From: Gordius albopunctatus
Taxonomy: Eukaryota
Direction: 5' to 3'
DNA: 64,000 nucleotides
Assembly (NCBI GenBank): GCA_964276515.1
Contig: OZ193910.1
Span: 2,418,001-2,482,000 of the forward strand
The notes beneath the pieces were generated by a model, which searched no databases, was not told the DNA's origin, and was given only the letters and a program-made list of their open reading frames with translations. The position numbers were made by a program, and so were the translations under genes. The first letter of the stretch is position 1; every line of letters starts with the position of its first letter. Shown piece after piece: positions 42,498-56,300 of this stretch.

Positions 42498-45287
42498 GCT
42501 CCCCTATTGCCAATTCCTAGCCCCGTCATCCCCCCATCCTTACAATGCTCCCCATCAATTAATCAACCGCCTGACTCATCTTGGAGCAATTCTTTTTTAA
42601 CAAACCCATTTCCTAATACTATCTCCAGAATCCCAAGAGGAGCCAGACCTTCCATCCAACAATCTCTGCTAAATATATTCACTTCCATTATCAAAAACCC
42701 TTATAACTTAACCAATTGGGACAAACTTTTTAAATTTCCATATTATATCCTTTATGTTAGGGAACCTAATGAACATAATTTATCAAGCCTCATCAAGGAA
42801 TCCCTTCTGTGTTTTAATACTGATGTTCCCATTACATGCACAAGTAAAACAAAACCCTTTCCACTGGAACCCACAATTAACCAAACAGCCAAGCACATTT
42901 CAAATAAAATCCATAATTTCAACCCAAAAAGTGCCCTTAGAGCTTTTTATGATAACAACTCAATTGCCCCTTGTTGCCCTGACTCTTATAGGGAGCTTAA
43001 TCAAAAACACCCAGCAGCATCATCAGCCAGTAAATACCCCACATCTCCATCATCAATAGTGCTCGAGTCTTCAGACATCCGTGAAGCCCTTAACTCCTTT
43101 CCTTTGGACTCCGCAGCCGGACTCGACGGATGGCGCCCAGTATATCTACAAGATTTACTCAACCTGAATAATTTAAATACTGAACCTCTTTTAAATTCTA
43201 TTACTTCCTTTTGTAATATCATTGTTAACGGAAAATTTCCTGATGAAATCATCCCTATTTTATTCGGTGCAAAACTTATCGCCATCAAAAAACCGGATAA
43301 TTCATTTAGACCCATCGCCATTGGAAGTCTTTTTCGCCGTATTATATCAAAAACCCTCTGAAAACTCATAAAACCCTCCTTATCCTCCAAGCTCCGCCCT
43401 CATCAACTCGGCTTCGGAATTAAAGGCGGATGTGAGGCAGCCAGCCATGCTGGCCGGATCACACTCCAAAATATTCCCACCGAGTCCTGCTTTGTTAAAT
43501 TAGATTTTGCCAATGCTTTTAACTGCATTCGAAGAGAAACCCTTATTAACACTTTTTTAGCTGAATTCCCACAATTCGTAAATTACATTTTATTAAGCTA
43601 TGGTTCTACAACCAAGCTTCGATTCGGCGAATACGTCATTGACTCGTCCGAAGGCATCCAACAAGGAGACCCATTAGGTCCTCCTTTGTTTTGTTTAGCC
43701 ATTCATAATTTAGTCGAGGCTATATCATCTCAGTGTATTCTGGATTTAAATGTTTGGTATCTCGACGACGCCACCCTATGTGGCCGCCCGGAGGAGATCA
43801 GTAAAGCTATACAAATTATCAACAATTTTAAACCCACTCTGAATCTTACATTAAACTCGAAAAAATATGAAATCTTTCAGGCCCCCAACACTATTGACTT
43901 TCCAATTTTTAAACCTTTTTTAGTTTTAGAGAAGGAAAACATATCCCTTTTGGGATCACCCATTGGCGGTTAAAAATCTCTCCTAAATTTTCTTCATAAG
44001 AACCTTGAAATTTTAAAATATAAAACGGAACTTTTAAAATGCTTGCCAGCGCATCACTCATTTTACATAATCAAAAACTATTTTAACATCTCAAAGATTA
44101 ATCATTGTTTTCGCTCATCTGGCGCATTTTTACACCTAGACGTTTCAAAGTCGTACGAAGGCTTTTTAAAAACGTTATTAGAAAAAATTTTAAATTTAAA
44201 ATTTAATACTAACAATTGGATTCAAGCATCCCTCCCAACCAAATCTGGAGGATAGGAATTCGCCCTCCCGCAGCATATCGCTAGCCGCTTTTATTTCCTC
44301 TTTTAAGTCGGTCCAAAACTTAATTTTTAATCTCATAAAACATGATTCCGACCCCCTGCTAACTCAAGCCTTGGAGCTTTGGAATTTGGATGTCACACCC
44401 GAGACCATCCAACCTCAAAGTACGAGACAAAAGGATTGGGATTCTGGACTAGTATCGCGCTCCGTTGATTATCTCTTATCGAGCAGCGATGATAGCCAGC
44501 ATTACAACCTTAGGTCCCTCGCTTTTGACGGTTCCGGTCACGAGTGGCTTGAAGCCTATCCCAGCAAACTTTTGGGAATGCTGCTTGAAGACTTTGAGCT
44601 ATCATATTCCATAGCTTTAAGGTTGGGGATTAGTTACAGCAGAGAATTCAACTGTCAAAACTGCCTTACCGTTGTAGACGAATATGCTAGGCACCCTCTA
44701 CACTGCCTAGCAAACAAATATAAATACGTTAGGCACACTAAAGCTAATTTATTAATTCAAGCTGCCCTTAAAAAGGCCAAAATCCCCTCAATCCTTGAGC
44801 CGTCAGATCCCTCTCTTGCAGGTAGGATGCGCCCTGACGGCTCTTCTCTAGTCCCCTGGCAAAATGGCCTATCACTCAAATGGGATTTTACTTGTATTGA
44901 CCTTTTTGCACCTTCCCATTTTAATTACGACCCTATCGCTACAGAAGAAGGGCGTAAAACTACAAAGTATTCTGCCCTTTTGGCATCCAATATTTTTATC
45001 CCTGTCGTTGCCACGTGCTCTGGTTCCTTTGGCAAACAGGCAATAGGGTTTTTTAAAGAAATCGGAAAACGCACCCCAAAATCTAAAATTTCTGCGTCCT
45101 TTTTACTCAGGCAACAACTAGGGATTCTTGTTGCACGATAAAACTTTAAATCCTTTGCCGACTCATGACCCATTTTAGAAGAGAATGATATAAATCTTTG
45201 TATTTAACCAATATGTATTTATTTTTGTATTTCGCTTATTAATGTAACTTTGTTTCTTGAAAGTAAACTTTTTAACAAAAAAAAAAA
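42498..45287 (+). mobile_element. CRE-clade-like non-LTR retrotransposon (RT + CCHC + restriction-like endonuclease), few stops
   Basis: SAAGLDG, RPIAIG..FRR..SK, QLGFG.KGGCEA..HA, LDFANAFN, GIQQGDPLGP, WYLDD; C-x2-C...H...C, RH, RPDG...WD...K..KY; poly-A at 45277-45287. Confidence 0.85.
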
Positions 45288-45335
45288 TTATTAATAACAT
45301 CATAAATAAATTCTGTGACTTTACTTTATAAATTA

Positions 45336-46259
45336 CTAGATGAACCCGGCAAACGTTGTTTTGCCATTTACCCGGGGGGTGTATTAAATTATGTTGGAAT
45401 TTTAGGGCATATATGATGATAAAGCGGTTATTGAAGTAAAAATAAAGTTTGATGTCTATATGTTCTACTTCTATTGTTATATTTCCGTATAATAGATTAA
45501 GAATATATCAAATAGAATTGTTAAGTGTTTATTATGCAAAAAAATTTAAACAAATAGTTAAAGAGGGTCCAAGGCCCAGGCCCACCCAAGAGAGAAAACC
45601 TGGCCCCATGACCCCCATATTTGGCCCCTGGCCCTTAAAGCAATTTTTTTTATAATTTTTTGTATATAAGAAACAATATCATAATTATATTTATTTGTTT
45701 CTGAATAAAACTTTTAATTCTCAACTTAATAATGTCCGAAGAACTGAGATATATCAACATTTATTGGCGTTTTGTTAAAAGTATTTTCATTTTTCTCCCT
45801 ATTTAACGCGCAAAAAATGATAAAATGAGATTTTTTAATTTATTTATGCACGCAGGAGGGGGGGGGACACGACCGTCCTATAATAATAATAATTGACGTA
45901 AAAAATAAGCAAAAAAATGACTTTGATTTAATGTTTCAAATCGTAAAATGTTTCCATTTTCCGCAGCACATGCCTACATTTATCACACACACTACACTAC
46001 CTACACGCATGACGGTCTAGTAAATACTATAAGAGATGATACACTTTTACTAAAGAACTGTATATTCAAATTTTCAAAGAACACGAAAGATACGCAGTAC
46101 GTCATGAGGTTGCATTTGATTGACATTTTATTAAACGTTAAAACGTATAAAACAAACTCGAAAACTACTGGACCGATTTGGCTCGAACAAATCTTAAAAC
46201 ATGCTCCGGAGTGTCATGAATAAACTGTGAAATTTTGAGCCAAATAGGTCTGGTAGTTT
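45336..46259 (-). mobile_element. Non-autonomous Helitron, minus copy
   Basis: Reverse complement ends GGCAAAACAACGTTTGCCGGGTTCATCTAG|T; homologous to 31001-31716. Confidence 0.8.
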
Positions 46260-46261
46260 TC

Positions 46262-46720
46262 AACTATGTGTGTATGTATGTATGTATGCCTCCTAAATTT
46301 TAGAGAACTACCGGACCGACTTGGCTCAAAATTTCACAGTTTCTTCCCCACACTCCGGAGCATGTTTTAAGATATGTTCGAGCCAAATCGGTCACGTAGT
46401 TTTTGAGTTAGTTTGTTTTATATGTTTTGCCGTTTAATAAAACGTCAATCAAACGCAACCTCATGACGTACTGCGTATCTATCGTGTAGGTAGTGTGATA
46501 AATGTAGTAGGCATGTGTTGCGGAAAATGGAAACTTTTTACGCGCTTTGAAACATTAAATATCAAAGTCATTTTTTTGCTTATTTTTCACGTCAATTATT
46601 ATTATAGGACGGTCGTGTCCCCTCCTGCGTGGCTAAATAAATTAAAAAATCTAATTTTGTCATTTTTTTGCGCGTTAAATAAGGAGAAAAATGAAAATAC
46701 TTTCTACAAAGTGCCAATAA
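46262..46720 (+). mobile_element. Non-autonomous Helitron, plus copy, truncated
   Basis: Homologous to 31020-31515; (TATG)n near its start. Confidence 0.75.
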
Positions 46721-46740
46721 AAACTTCTAGGCCATAAACT

Positions 46741-47075
46741 TGTTGCGTCCATTGACTTAATTGTCTCATTTACATTAACTTACTACTTCGCGACGTTAAT
46801 TGACCAATCAAGGATACCTAGCGGAGTCACCAGTAAATGTAATTGATTTATTTATACCTCGCGGAGGTACGACTAAATTTAATTGATTTGTTTATACCTC
46901 GCGGAGGCACCACTAAACTTAATTACTTTATTTAATTAATTTACGAGTATATAAAGGAGTTTAAAACACTTCTTACTCACTTACTTTTCTTCCAACGATT
47001 TAATTTAATTGGATATACAATAAAGTAATTATTACTTTATCCTTCTGTTATTTACTTCCCGAAAAACTTATAACA
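46741..47075 (+). mobile_element. Probable solo LTR
   Basis: TGTT...AACA termini, CCAAT, three 40-bp tandem repeats, TATATAAA, AATAAA; no TSD seen. Confidence 0.55.
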
Positions 47076-48244
47076 CATATTGTTTAGAAAAAAATCAAAT
47101 TTCACATGTAAGTTATTTGATTGCTCATATTTAAATGCTTTTCTCAATAACAATATTAAAACTAGGCTTGAGATACGAATTTAATAGATAATTTTTGATT
47201 TAACAAAATTATGTTTTTTTACAATTTCTAACTATTAACTAAAATAAGGTTAATGTTTTTACTTAGTAAGGGCTAAGTCTTATATATATCAAGATTTCTT
47301 AAGCAGAAATACTTCTTTTATTTTTATAATAATTTCCAAAAAATTTAAAGTTAATTATCATCTAACCAGCATCATAAAATACATATTTATAAATAAATTA
47401 TTGCTCGCGCATAATGATCTCTGTCCGTGTGGGCCTGCATCATCTTGAGTGTGCAGCTATAGAAAGATAAAATCCACCGCCTAAACATTAAATGGGAAAA
47501 TCAAAGAATCAATTGTATCCTTGCCCCTCAGCTTTTGTTAAAATACACTCTGGCAATTAAACGGGAAACTTTATTACATTAAATACAGGAGAACATTAGG
47601 TAAATACAAATAAAATATTGAGTCAATGAATATATTTGGGCTTTCGATTATAATAATAGATGAGATTATATACCATCGATCTATTTAGGACCTAGCAAAC
47701 TTGTGGATGCATAAAAATTGAACGTTAAGCTTATAAAACTTAGTTCGCCTTAAATGAAATTTTTGTCTAATAAAATGATAATGTGCTTTATAAAAAATAT
47801 ATGTATGCATAAACGAATGCATGTTATAAGGTGACTTGAGATAGAGGATAAACGGTTCTAAAGTTTTAATGAAGCCGTTTCTGGCTTCTTTATTCTACCA
47901 TTGCTTGTGGCCAAAGGGGAATTTGTCAAATATAGGGATATACATAGTTCAAATTAGTCTCTAATCAAAATTGCCTATAGATGGCGCTAATTCGAGTATT
48001 ATTTTAATTTAATTGCGGGCACTCCTGAAAGGGGTTGTTATTATCTTCTAAATTGTGTCAAATAAAGTTCTAAATTTATGCTAATTTTTGCAAGGAATGC
48101 TGTATATTAATTATTTAGGGATTACGAACGTCAAAACAATTGGTATATAAGCCATGGAATATATGAAAACACACGTTTAGATTGTTAACGAAAAATGTGC
48201 GATATTTTAACGTCTTATTCCCATTTTAAAATTATGATACCCTC

Positions 48245-49683
48245 ATGGTAAAATATTTAATTTTTAAATGATTAATATTGCTAGCAAACTGTTCCAAAAG
48301 TAGTTTCACTTTTGACGAAAAAGGTGTTAATTAAATGTAATGCCAATACTCTATTACCGAGAAAAGTATTTATATATGTATTATTATATATATAATTTTT
48401 AGAAATTAGTTTTAGGCACTAATCGTTTGTACAATATACTAACAACTCAAATAGATTATAAGCAGTTTTTTAATGGTAAGAATTTTGTGAGATGTTTAAT
48501 GAAATGCCTTATACTATTTAATCATAATTTTAATGTTAAATAATGATGTATTCACACTAGCCTTATACAGTTTTAAAATATAGATTTAAAACTTTCGGAC
48601 ACACTCTATTCATGGTATTCTGTCACAAGTCTCCATACATGGATGATATTTGTGAGATTAAGAGTAGATGTGCCCTTGTGTCCAATTACTGGCCAAGCTT
48701 TGCAAGATCGCTCTATAATGAGACGGGTTTTAACTGCAGCACTTTGGCAGGATTTGGAATCTAAAATAAAACTCATGGGAGTTAGAGGCAAACAAAAAAA
48801 AGATGCATTTCATGATATTTGGGGTCATTATCAATTTTGTCATTTTGATTATGATTCTGGATTACTTGGTTCTGACAAAGAGTTAGCTGCATCATTATGG
48901 AGAATATTTTTCCTTAATAGCACTGATTACCACTTAGATGGTAAAGATTTTAAGACAAATAATATCATATCATTTGAAAAAGAAGATCCTACTCAAAGAT
49001 TAGTTTGTTTGATCAATTATGTCCGCAAGACAGTAAGTTCTTAGTTAAATTTTATATATTTTGGAAGCTTAAAATTCTTATTTGGTAACAAATATTGGTT
49101 TGGTTTTACATTGTAAAATAAAGTAGCTAGATTGATTAAAAGTTGTTAGTATCCCTTATTTTTATAATTGAATTACAGGATAGATTACTATAAGATAAAC
49201 CCATAACATATACAAGGCAATAATTTTTAGTAAATTTAATATTAATACATAATATAAGATTTTATTTAATGTTTTAAAAATATTTGTTAACTAAAACTTT
49301 ATTAGCTAATTTATCATGATTAGACAGGGGAACTTGTATAAGGAATTTTTTGCTATAAAAATTGAATATATTATGTTAAATTAAACCATTACTAATTGTT
49401 TATTTATGCCTTTATTTCATTATTAATATATAGAATCTTTTTTCCTACACAATAGCTATTATTAATTTAATTAGTCTGGATAAGCAATTAAAATATAGGG
49501 AACACTATTAATTACTAGTCTGATGTATTTTAAATGAGATTAATATCTTAAATCTAGAAAATATCATTTAATTATCTAAATAATTATATATATTTTTAAT
49601 TTATTTAGGTATCATATTTGGATTCTCTAGACTTGGAAAAAGATATTCTAACAGGATCTATTGAGTTACCCAAATTATCTTGA
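48245..49683 (+). CDS. UQCC1: Ubiquinol-cytochrome c reductase complex assembly factor 1 (Cbp3 family); 5' end tentative
   Basis: Exons about 48245-48247, 48285-48365, 48403-48475, 48584-49032 and 49609-49683. Motifs LSDTLYSW..VT.LHTWM..VRL, LWQD.E.K.K.MG, YD.GLLGSD.ELAA.LWR, YVRK. Confidence 0.88.
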
Positions 49684-50317
49684 CTCCCATTTGAAATTGA
49701 CCATAATTGTATATAAATAACGTTTATATTTGATATAGATCACAAAAAAATATCTACAGATGTCAAAATTACTCTTTATATTATAAATATATCAAGCTAT
49801 TTGATCTTTAGAAGGCCGATTGGGAGTGGGTTTATTAAATTACCATTTAAATTTCTTTTAGGCCCACATTTGAAATTAGATTTTAAAAACATTTAATTAT
49901 ATTTACCTATTTCAGCATTATACCATTTTTTCTTGTCTTCAAGCTTTTTAGTCAGATTCATTCAAGCATCCAATATTTTTCAGATAAAGGCTTTATTATT
50001 ACGATTCGCTGAAAGTAATGTTGTAAAAATGGCTGAGTTTTGTTTGGGGTCTGTTTTTCTCAGTCGACTTCTAGGCTTGGTCTAAATTTGAAAAACAGAC
50101 CAGAGTTGATCATTAGCCTTTTTAGGGTTGCTTCTTATGATTTCAAGTCGCATGTACGAACAGATTTAAATTATTTTGCTGAACACCAACTTTGTGCTTG
50201 TTGGGAATTTGCCCCCCCCCCCCCAATGACTCATGGGCTACATGTTTTAGAGAGAATTTATTGAATTGAAGTGTGGAGTAATAAATAACACAGTACAGTT
50301 CTTTAATTATTGATCGA

Positions 50318-53300
50318 TCATTTCACACGAGATGGTCGATATTTGACGGCCAAGCTTAGATACAGGTCCGCGCGGAAAGTGTTCATCAGATTTTGGCTAA
50401 CAGATTGACTAATACGCTTCACTTTCTCTCCTTTGGGCCCAATAATTATTTTCTGCATTAAATAGACATTATGATTAATTAAAAAAACAAATGAGTGATA
50501 AAACTATTTTGATCTTAAAGCGTAAAGCATAAATAAAAAACATGATCTAGCGCACCACAAATGTGAAACAAAATACGAGGTAAAAAAGAGTTTAACAAAA
50601 CCTAGCTTTTAGTTTTTGGTCATCATAAATTTTATTTTAACTACCCTATGCTAAATTAGAATTAAGAGTGTTGGTAATAATAGTAACTAATTACTGATGA
50701 AAATATAAAAAAAAATATACCAATTTTCCATTATACAAATGCTAATCTCCATAGGAAACGTTGCAAAACGAGCCAAGAGATACAAACTCTTTAGAATTTA
50801 TAAAAAAAAATACACCAATTTTCCATTATACAAATGCTAATCTCCATAGGAAACGTTGCAAAACGAGCCAAGAGATACAAACTCTTTAGAATTTATAAAA
50901 AAATACACCAATTTTCCATTATACAAATGCTAATCTCCATAGGAAACGTTGCAAAACGAGCCAAGAGATACAAACTCTTTAGAATTTATAAAAAAAATAT
51001 TTCCAATAGCTGTTTGAGGGGTGACGATCGGCTATTCAGACCTGGCAGTCGTGTTGACGATGTAAGTGCTCAAAGCGGGATTCTTGTTCAAAGACAAAGC
51101 ATATAACTACGCCCCTACTTTAGAATTATTCACACAGCAAATTCGGTTGAATTAAAAAACGCAAACAAAATTACCACTAAATTCGATTGAGGGCAAAGGA
51201 TGGACGCCTTGATCCTACACAACCCATACTCGTCGACAAAATATTCATCGAGTACCTTGATAAATCAATGAAAAATAATTTAAAACCCGAATATATATAT
51301 AACTAGCTAGAGAAAATTTTATATTTTAAAAAAGGCTGATTTCAATCAATTTTTAAAAACTCTAAAAATATCTTAATTTTGCTATAAACAACCTAGGGCA
51401 TATTGTATTAAAGCTTCAAAATTTAAACGTCATCCATCACTAGTTAAAGAGTTTCATAACTTTTCAATGTTTTTGACCCTAATGTAATACTCAAATTTTA
51501 TGAATACATATTATACATAAAATAGTACTCACAACATCCAACACGTAGGGTATCTTAAATTGAAATTCGTTCAGCAGCTCTTCTCTTATGGTATCTTTAA
51601 TAATTGCTTCGGGCATTTGATCTGTCACGAAACTGCTATTGTATATCCAAGGTTTAGGGATGGCGTTTGAAATGAAGTAATCCTAAATACCCCCAAAAAT
51701 TATGATTTTTATACATAGCGGTAGTTGCAATTTAGGTTTAGATATAATTTGTGCAAATTAAAAACTATTTAAGAAATTAAATTTATGGATAGCAGTGTTT
51801 TAAAAACAGCTGGGGTTTGTTTGCTCGACCTTTGGTTTTAGGCAACTAAACATAAAGAGATTATGCGACTAAGAAAAACGGACTAAAAAATATTTGGTTT
51901 TTTAATGATCCAACCGTTCTTCCACCACTAATGGATAGTTAGGGTGAAGCTTAGAGCTGATTTTTAATTAATTGTTCCAATCCATTTTAATATCCATAGT
52001 TCAAACTTCAGGTCAAAAAATTGGAATCGTCCCATCATTATATTAGCATTGACGAAGCATCGTTTATCGGTATAATATTATTTCACACCTATTTTTGCAC
52101 ACGCAATGGTCAACGCTCGTTAATCAGATTGGTGTTAAAATTAATTAATGGTTCGGATAGTTTTTAAATTAACGGGGCAGATTCCAGGGGAATTAAGTTG
52201 TGTCCGTAGCATTTATAAAGAGCATGGCATAGCCAGCATTGGAATTAGAGGGGAGCAAATCGTGATTTAAGGAGGGGCAAAGTGATCATTCTTTGAAATT
52301 TTAGCCAAAATTTTAATCGATTTCAGCACATTTTTGAATTTAGAAGGGAGGGGGGAGCCTCACCTTGGCCACGCCCATGCATAATGATACACAAATGAAA
52401 GTTATAATCCATTAAACTATTCGTTTTACATGTGTACTAATATATATGACAAAAACCGACTATAATTGAAGCGCGATAAGCTCGTTGAATTGAGATTTGC
52501 AAATTTGTTTATCAGTTATAGCCTTTCGGACAAAATATTGTAATTTTAGCCCTAAAAATGACCAGAATCTGCTATCAAGTGTATATAGTATACGTAATCC
52601 AAACTGCCCATTAATTGTTCGAGATAGCGTTGCAAAAACGGCTGCTGGGTTTTGCTTGGTCAGCCTTTTGGGCGGGGGTTTTAGTGGACTAAACATAAAC
52701 AGCAGACCAAAGCTTTTTTTGGGTTCCTAGAAAAAGAGATCAAATAACTTTTGGCTCTTTATGAATCCAGACGTTTTTACAACACTAGTTCGAGATTCAA
52801 AATATCTCGTGAAATACCCGTATATCATCGATCCCGTCGTTGTTCGAAGCAGATACCATGAAAATTTCTTTGAACGAGGACCACGTATTTCGCGTCTTAA
52901 TTTTGGGAATATCCCCTAGATAATTAAAAAAAAAGAATTGTTTGGTTCACACAAATTTTACCCCGTAGTTAAACCAATGAAAAATGTATTTTTTGGGCCC
53001 GAGCCGGCCTTAAGTTTATTTTTTAATTTGCCCGAACACGATATTTTAAAACTTATACGGAAATATCACATTTTAAAATTGTTTCACCGTAGAAATATCG
53101 AATAAACATAATTGTTGTTGTCATAGTTTAAAACTGAATATGTTTGCAATAAAAAAATCCAATTTTTATCGTTGCAATTATTCTGCTATATGCTTTGACG
53201 TAAAAATCAATTTCAATAAAAATAAATTTTATTTAGCGCTAAAAATAAATAGATTTTATAGCTTAAATTAAAAAATAATTTGAAATTTTGATCAAAAAAG

Positions 53301-56300
53301 TATAGTAGACAGGGGGAAGGGGTTGGAGGTTGAAAGCTATATTATGTACGCTGTGTGAGGATATTTATTATACATCAAGTTGATTTTATAATTGACTAAT
53401 TGGCTCGGGTTTAATTCGGATCGGGTTGCCCAACAGGACCGCCGGGCTTTGGGCAGTCCGTGCAGGGCTCTAGTTTAAGCTAGTGTTAACTTTTTCAGCC
53501 CGATCAAAAGGGACTAATTCTATAACAAAGAGATGGACAAGACACGACGGACGGACACTCAAAAACGAGCCCGAAAATTGTATAGCGATTAAAGTAAAAC
53601 GTTAGGCTAAATTGTTAGCGAAAACCCTGTACTCGCAACAAAACATTTTTACGCCAGTATTTTTACCGAGAAAAAAGGCAAAAGGTGGTTCCAATATTCG
53701 GAACAATATTTCATTGGAAAAACCGCTTCAAACAAAGGAGCTAGCAACATGCCTTAGGAGGTGTGTAAAATAGCATAAAAAGCACCATACTATCCGCAAG
53801 GGTAGTGAGAGGAGTCACATTTTGATGAGGGGTCGTAGATTCAGATGTGTTGTCGATATCGTAATTTTTGTAAACCAAGCTATTGATCGGATTGTGTGGT
53901 AGTTCGGTCGAATCTTTTTCTCGGGCTTCATACTTTTCCAACTTCCCAGCCAAACGATTTTCCTCCAACTTTCGCAAATTTTCCATCACATCGCTACTGT
54001 CTTGAGCTGGGTGTAGCGACGAATCTTACGTTTGTAAATTTCGTTGATGGTTTTAAGCAAATAAATAGTGCCAACAATGGCGAATAAGCATGAAAAATCA
54101 TTTGAACAACTTCCTATGGGCTCAGCAATGAGTAGGCAGGTTCTTACGAGCGTAGCCAGGGACTGGCAGGGAGGAGCGGCTGCCCCCCCTCTAAATTCTT
54201 TAAAAGTTAATACAATTGTGGCTAAAATTTAAAAAAAAATTATTTTGTCCCTCGAAAAATCGTTATTGACCCCCATGGGCGTAGCTAGGTTTTGGATGGG
54301 GGGGGGGGGGCTAAACGATTAAAAGTTCAATTAGAGAGGGGCAAAACATAATTTTTTTTTTAATTTTTAGGTGTTTGCATTGAAATTTTTTTTTGTCATT
54401 CAGAGAGGGGGGGGGGGGGACGGCTACACCCATGTTGTCCCCCTGCCCCCTAAATCCAAAAAAACAACATACTGCACAAAAAGGCTCTAGTTATTAGTTA
54501 AATCGTGCCCCCTCTTAACAATCACACACTTTCATTTGTGTCTTAAAACTTTAATCAACCATGACTAGTGTTGTTAACTAGAGCGCCAACTAGGATGTTG
54601 AAAAAGGGGTAAAGGGATTTGATACCATCACAATTGGAAGAGTCTATTGTGGATTGTTTTTTAATAATCCACTCACTATGGGCCTAAATCCTAGATAAGA
54701 TACGTATGGGGCGAGCTTTGTTAATTTTATAGCCCAGCCACATGTGCCTAGATTTTCAAGCTACACTTTTGTGAAGCTTAGATCATTTGAACATGACTCA
54801 CAGCATAGCACACGGCGTGATTTGAAAATAACACCTAGCTAACAACCCATAAGCATATATCTAATGGCGGTGCACTATCAACTCGCCGAAAACCATCTCG
54901 TCGAATTTAATGTCCCCAGGTTAAAAAAGGCCCCCTGATTTAAAATCGTCCCCCATTCAACCAATCACAAAATGGGGGTCCTTTTTTTAACTGGGGGACA
55001 TTAAATTCGGCGAGATGGTTTTCGGCAAGTTGACGGGCCACCATCTAATGGCACATCCAAGTCGTTTGCACAAAAAATTAAAAGTCCTCAAAAGAAAAGG
55101 AGACAAGCACTTATGATATAGCTATATTATGCACTCCATACTTTTGCTCTCAACCAACATGAAATGCTAAATTGACTAATTGATCAGCAACAATTTAGTG
55201 AATTAACAACACCCTATATTATAAACCCTTCTAAAACAATAAATGTAGTTTTAAAATAAATTTAATAATAAAGAAAGTTGTAGTATGGATGTACAAATCA
55301 ATAAAATATTATATAAGGAGGTTTTAACACTCATAATTTGAAATCCTGAATATTATTTAAAATTGTCTAAACCCTCACCATAAATGTAATTTAAAGAATT
55401 TTCATGACCTGCTCCATTTAAATTTGGACTTTGAAATTTGTCTGTTGTGTAAGGAATGTTTTGGTCATCACATTTGGCACCAGTTATAGTACGCATAACT
55501 TCTAACAATATTGCTTTGGATTTGACCAAATCAACCTATATTAAAAATTTAAATATGTGCATAGTTATTTTGTAAAAAATTTTTTCATAAATTAAAGAGA
55601 GTATGAGATATCTATTTTTAATATAAATTGCATTTAGATTATTGTAAAATATTTACTAATCAGCAAAATGTAAAAATTCATGCAAAACCTTAAGATTTAA
55701 TATTTAGCTTTCTAGCACTTCATCTGAGGTTAAAGATACTAAATCGGTATTTCATTTTTTTAAATAAATGGTATAAGATTAAGTGAATATGAGTGAGATG
55801 ACTTAAAATTATTACTTTATTTAAGATTAAAATAGAGGGTTTTGAGGCATTCCGTTGAAGGTGCAAAAGAGTGATTGGATCCAAATAAATTCTTGTCCAA
55901 GGATTGAAGGCATCTACAACTACTGCAACTAAATTTAAATTATAAAAGTTTATAATCTAAAGTATTATTCAACTTATAAAAACATTTGAACATACTCATA
56001 TCTGCTTGTGAAGTGGCATCAAACGGGCATGTTGCCATTTCTTCTTCTAGTCCATGCCTTTAGAAAGTCAGTTTGGGTGAAAATTTAAATTAAGCATAAA
56101 ATGTGTTTACTTAGAACAATGGCTTTTTGAGACTAAGCCAGGAGTATCTAAAAGCACCTAAAATTTATGTAAAAATTAAAGATTAAAAATTATTACTATC
56201 TGGATGTTTTCTTTATTAAAAGTAGAGAGAATATTTTTGCGAGTTGTATGCACCTTTTTGGACACAGATGATATCTAATATGTAAAATTATTATAACAAA

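Noticed and set aside
48079..48244. Additional upstream UQCC1 coding exons or stop-codon readthrough
   Set aside because: Every frame and splice combination tried hits stops; the ATG at 48245 gives a plausible targeting peptide without recoding.
50704..50999. CRISPR-like array (also the 40-bp repeats at 46815-46935)
   Set aside because: Contiguous tandem units without unique spacers, no cas genes, eukaryotic intron or LTR context.
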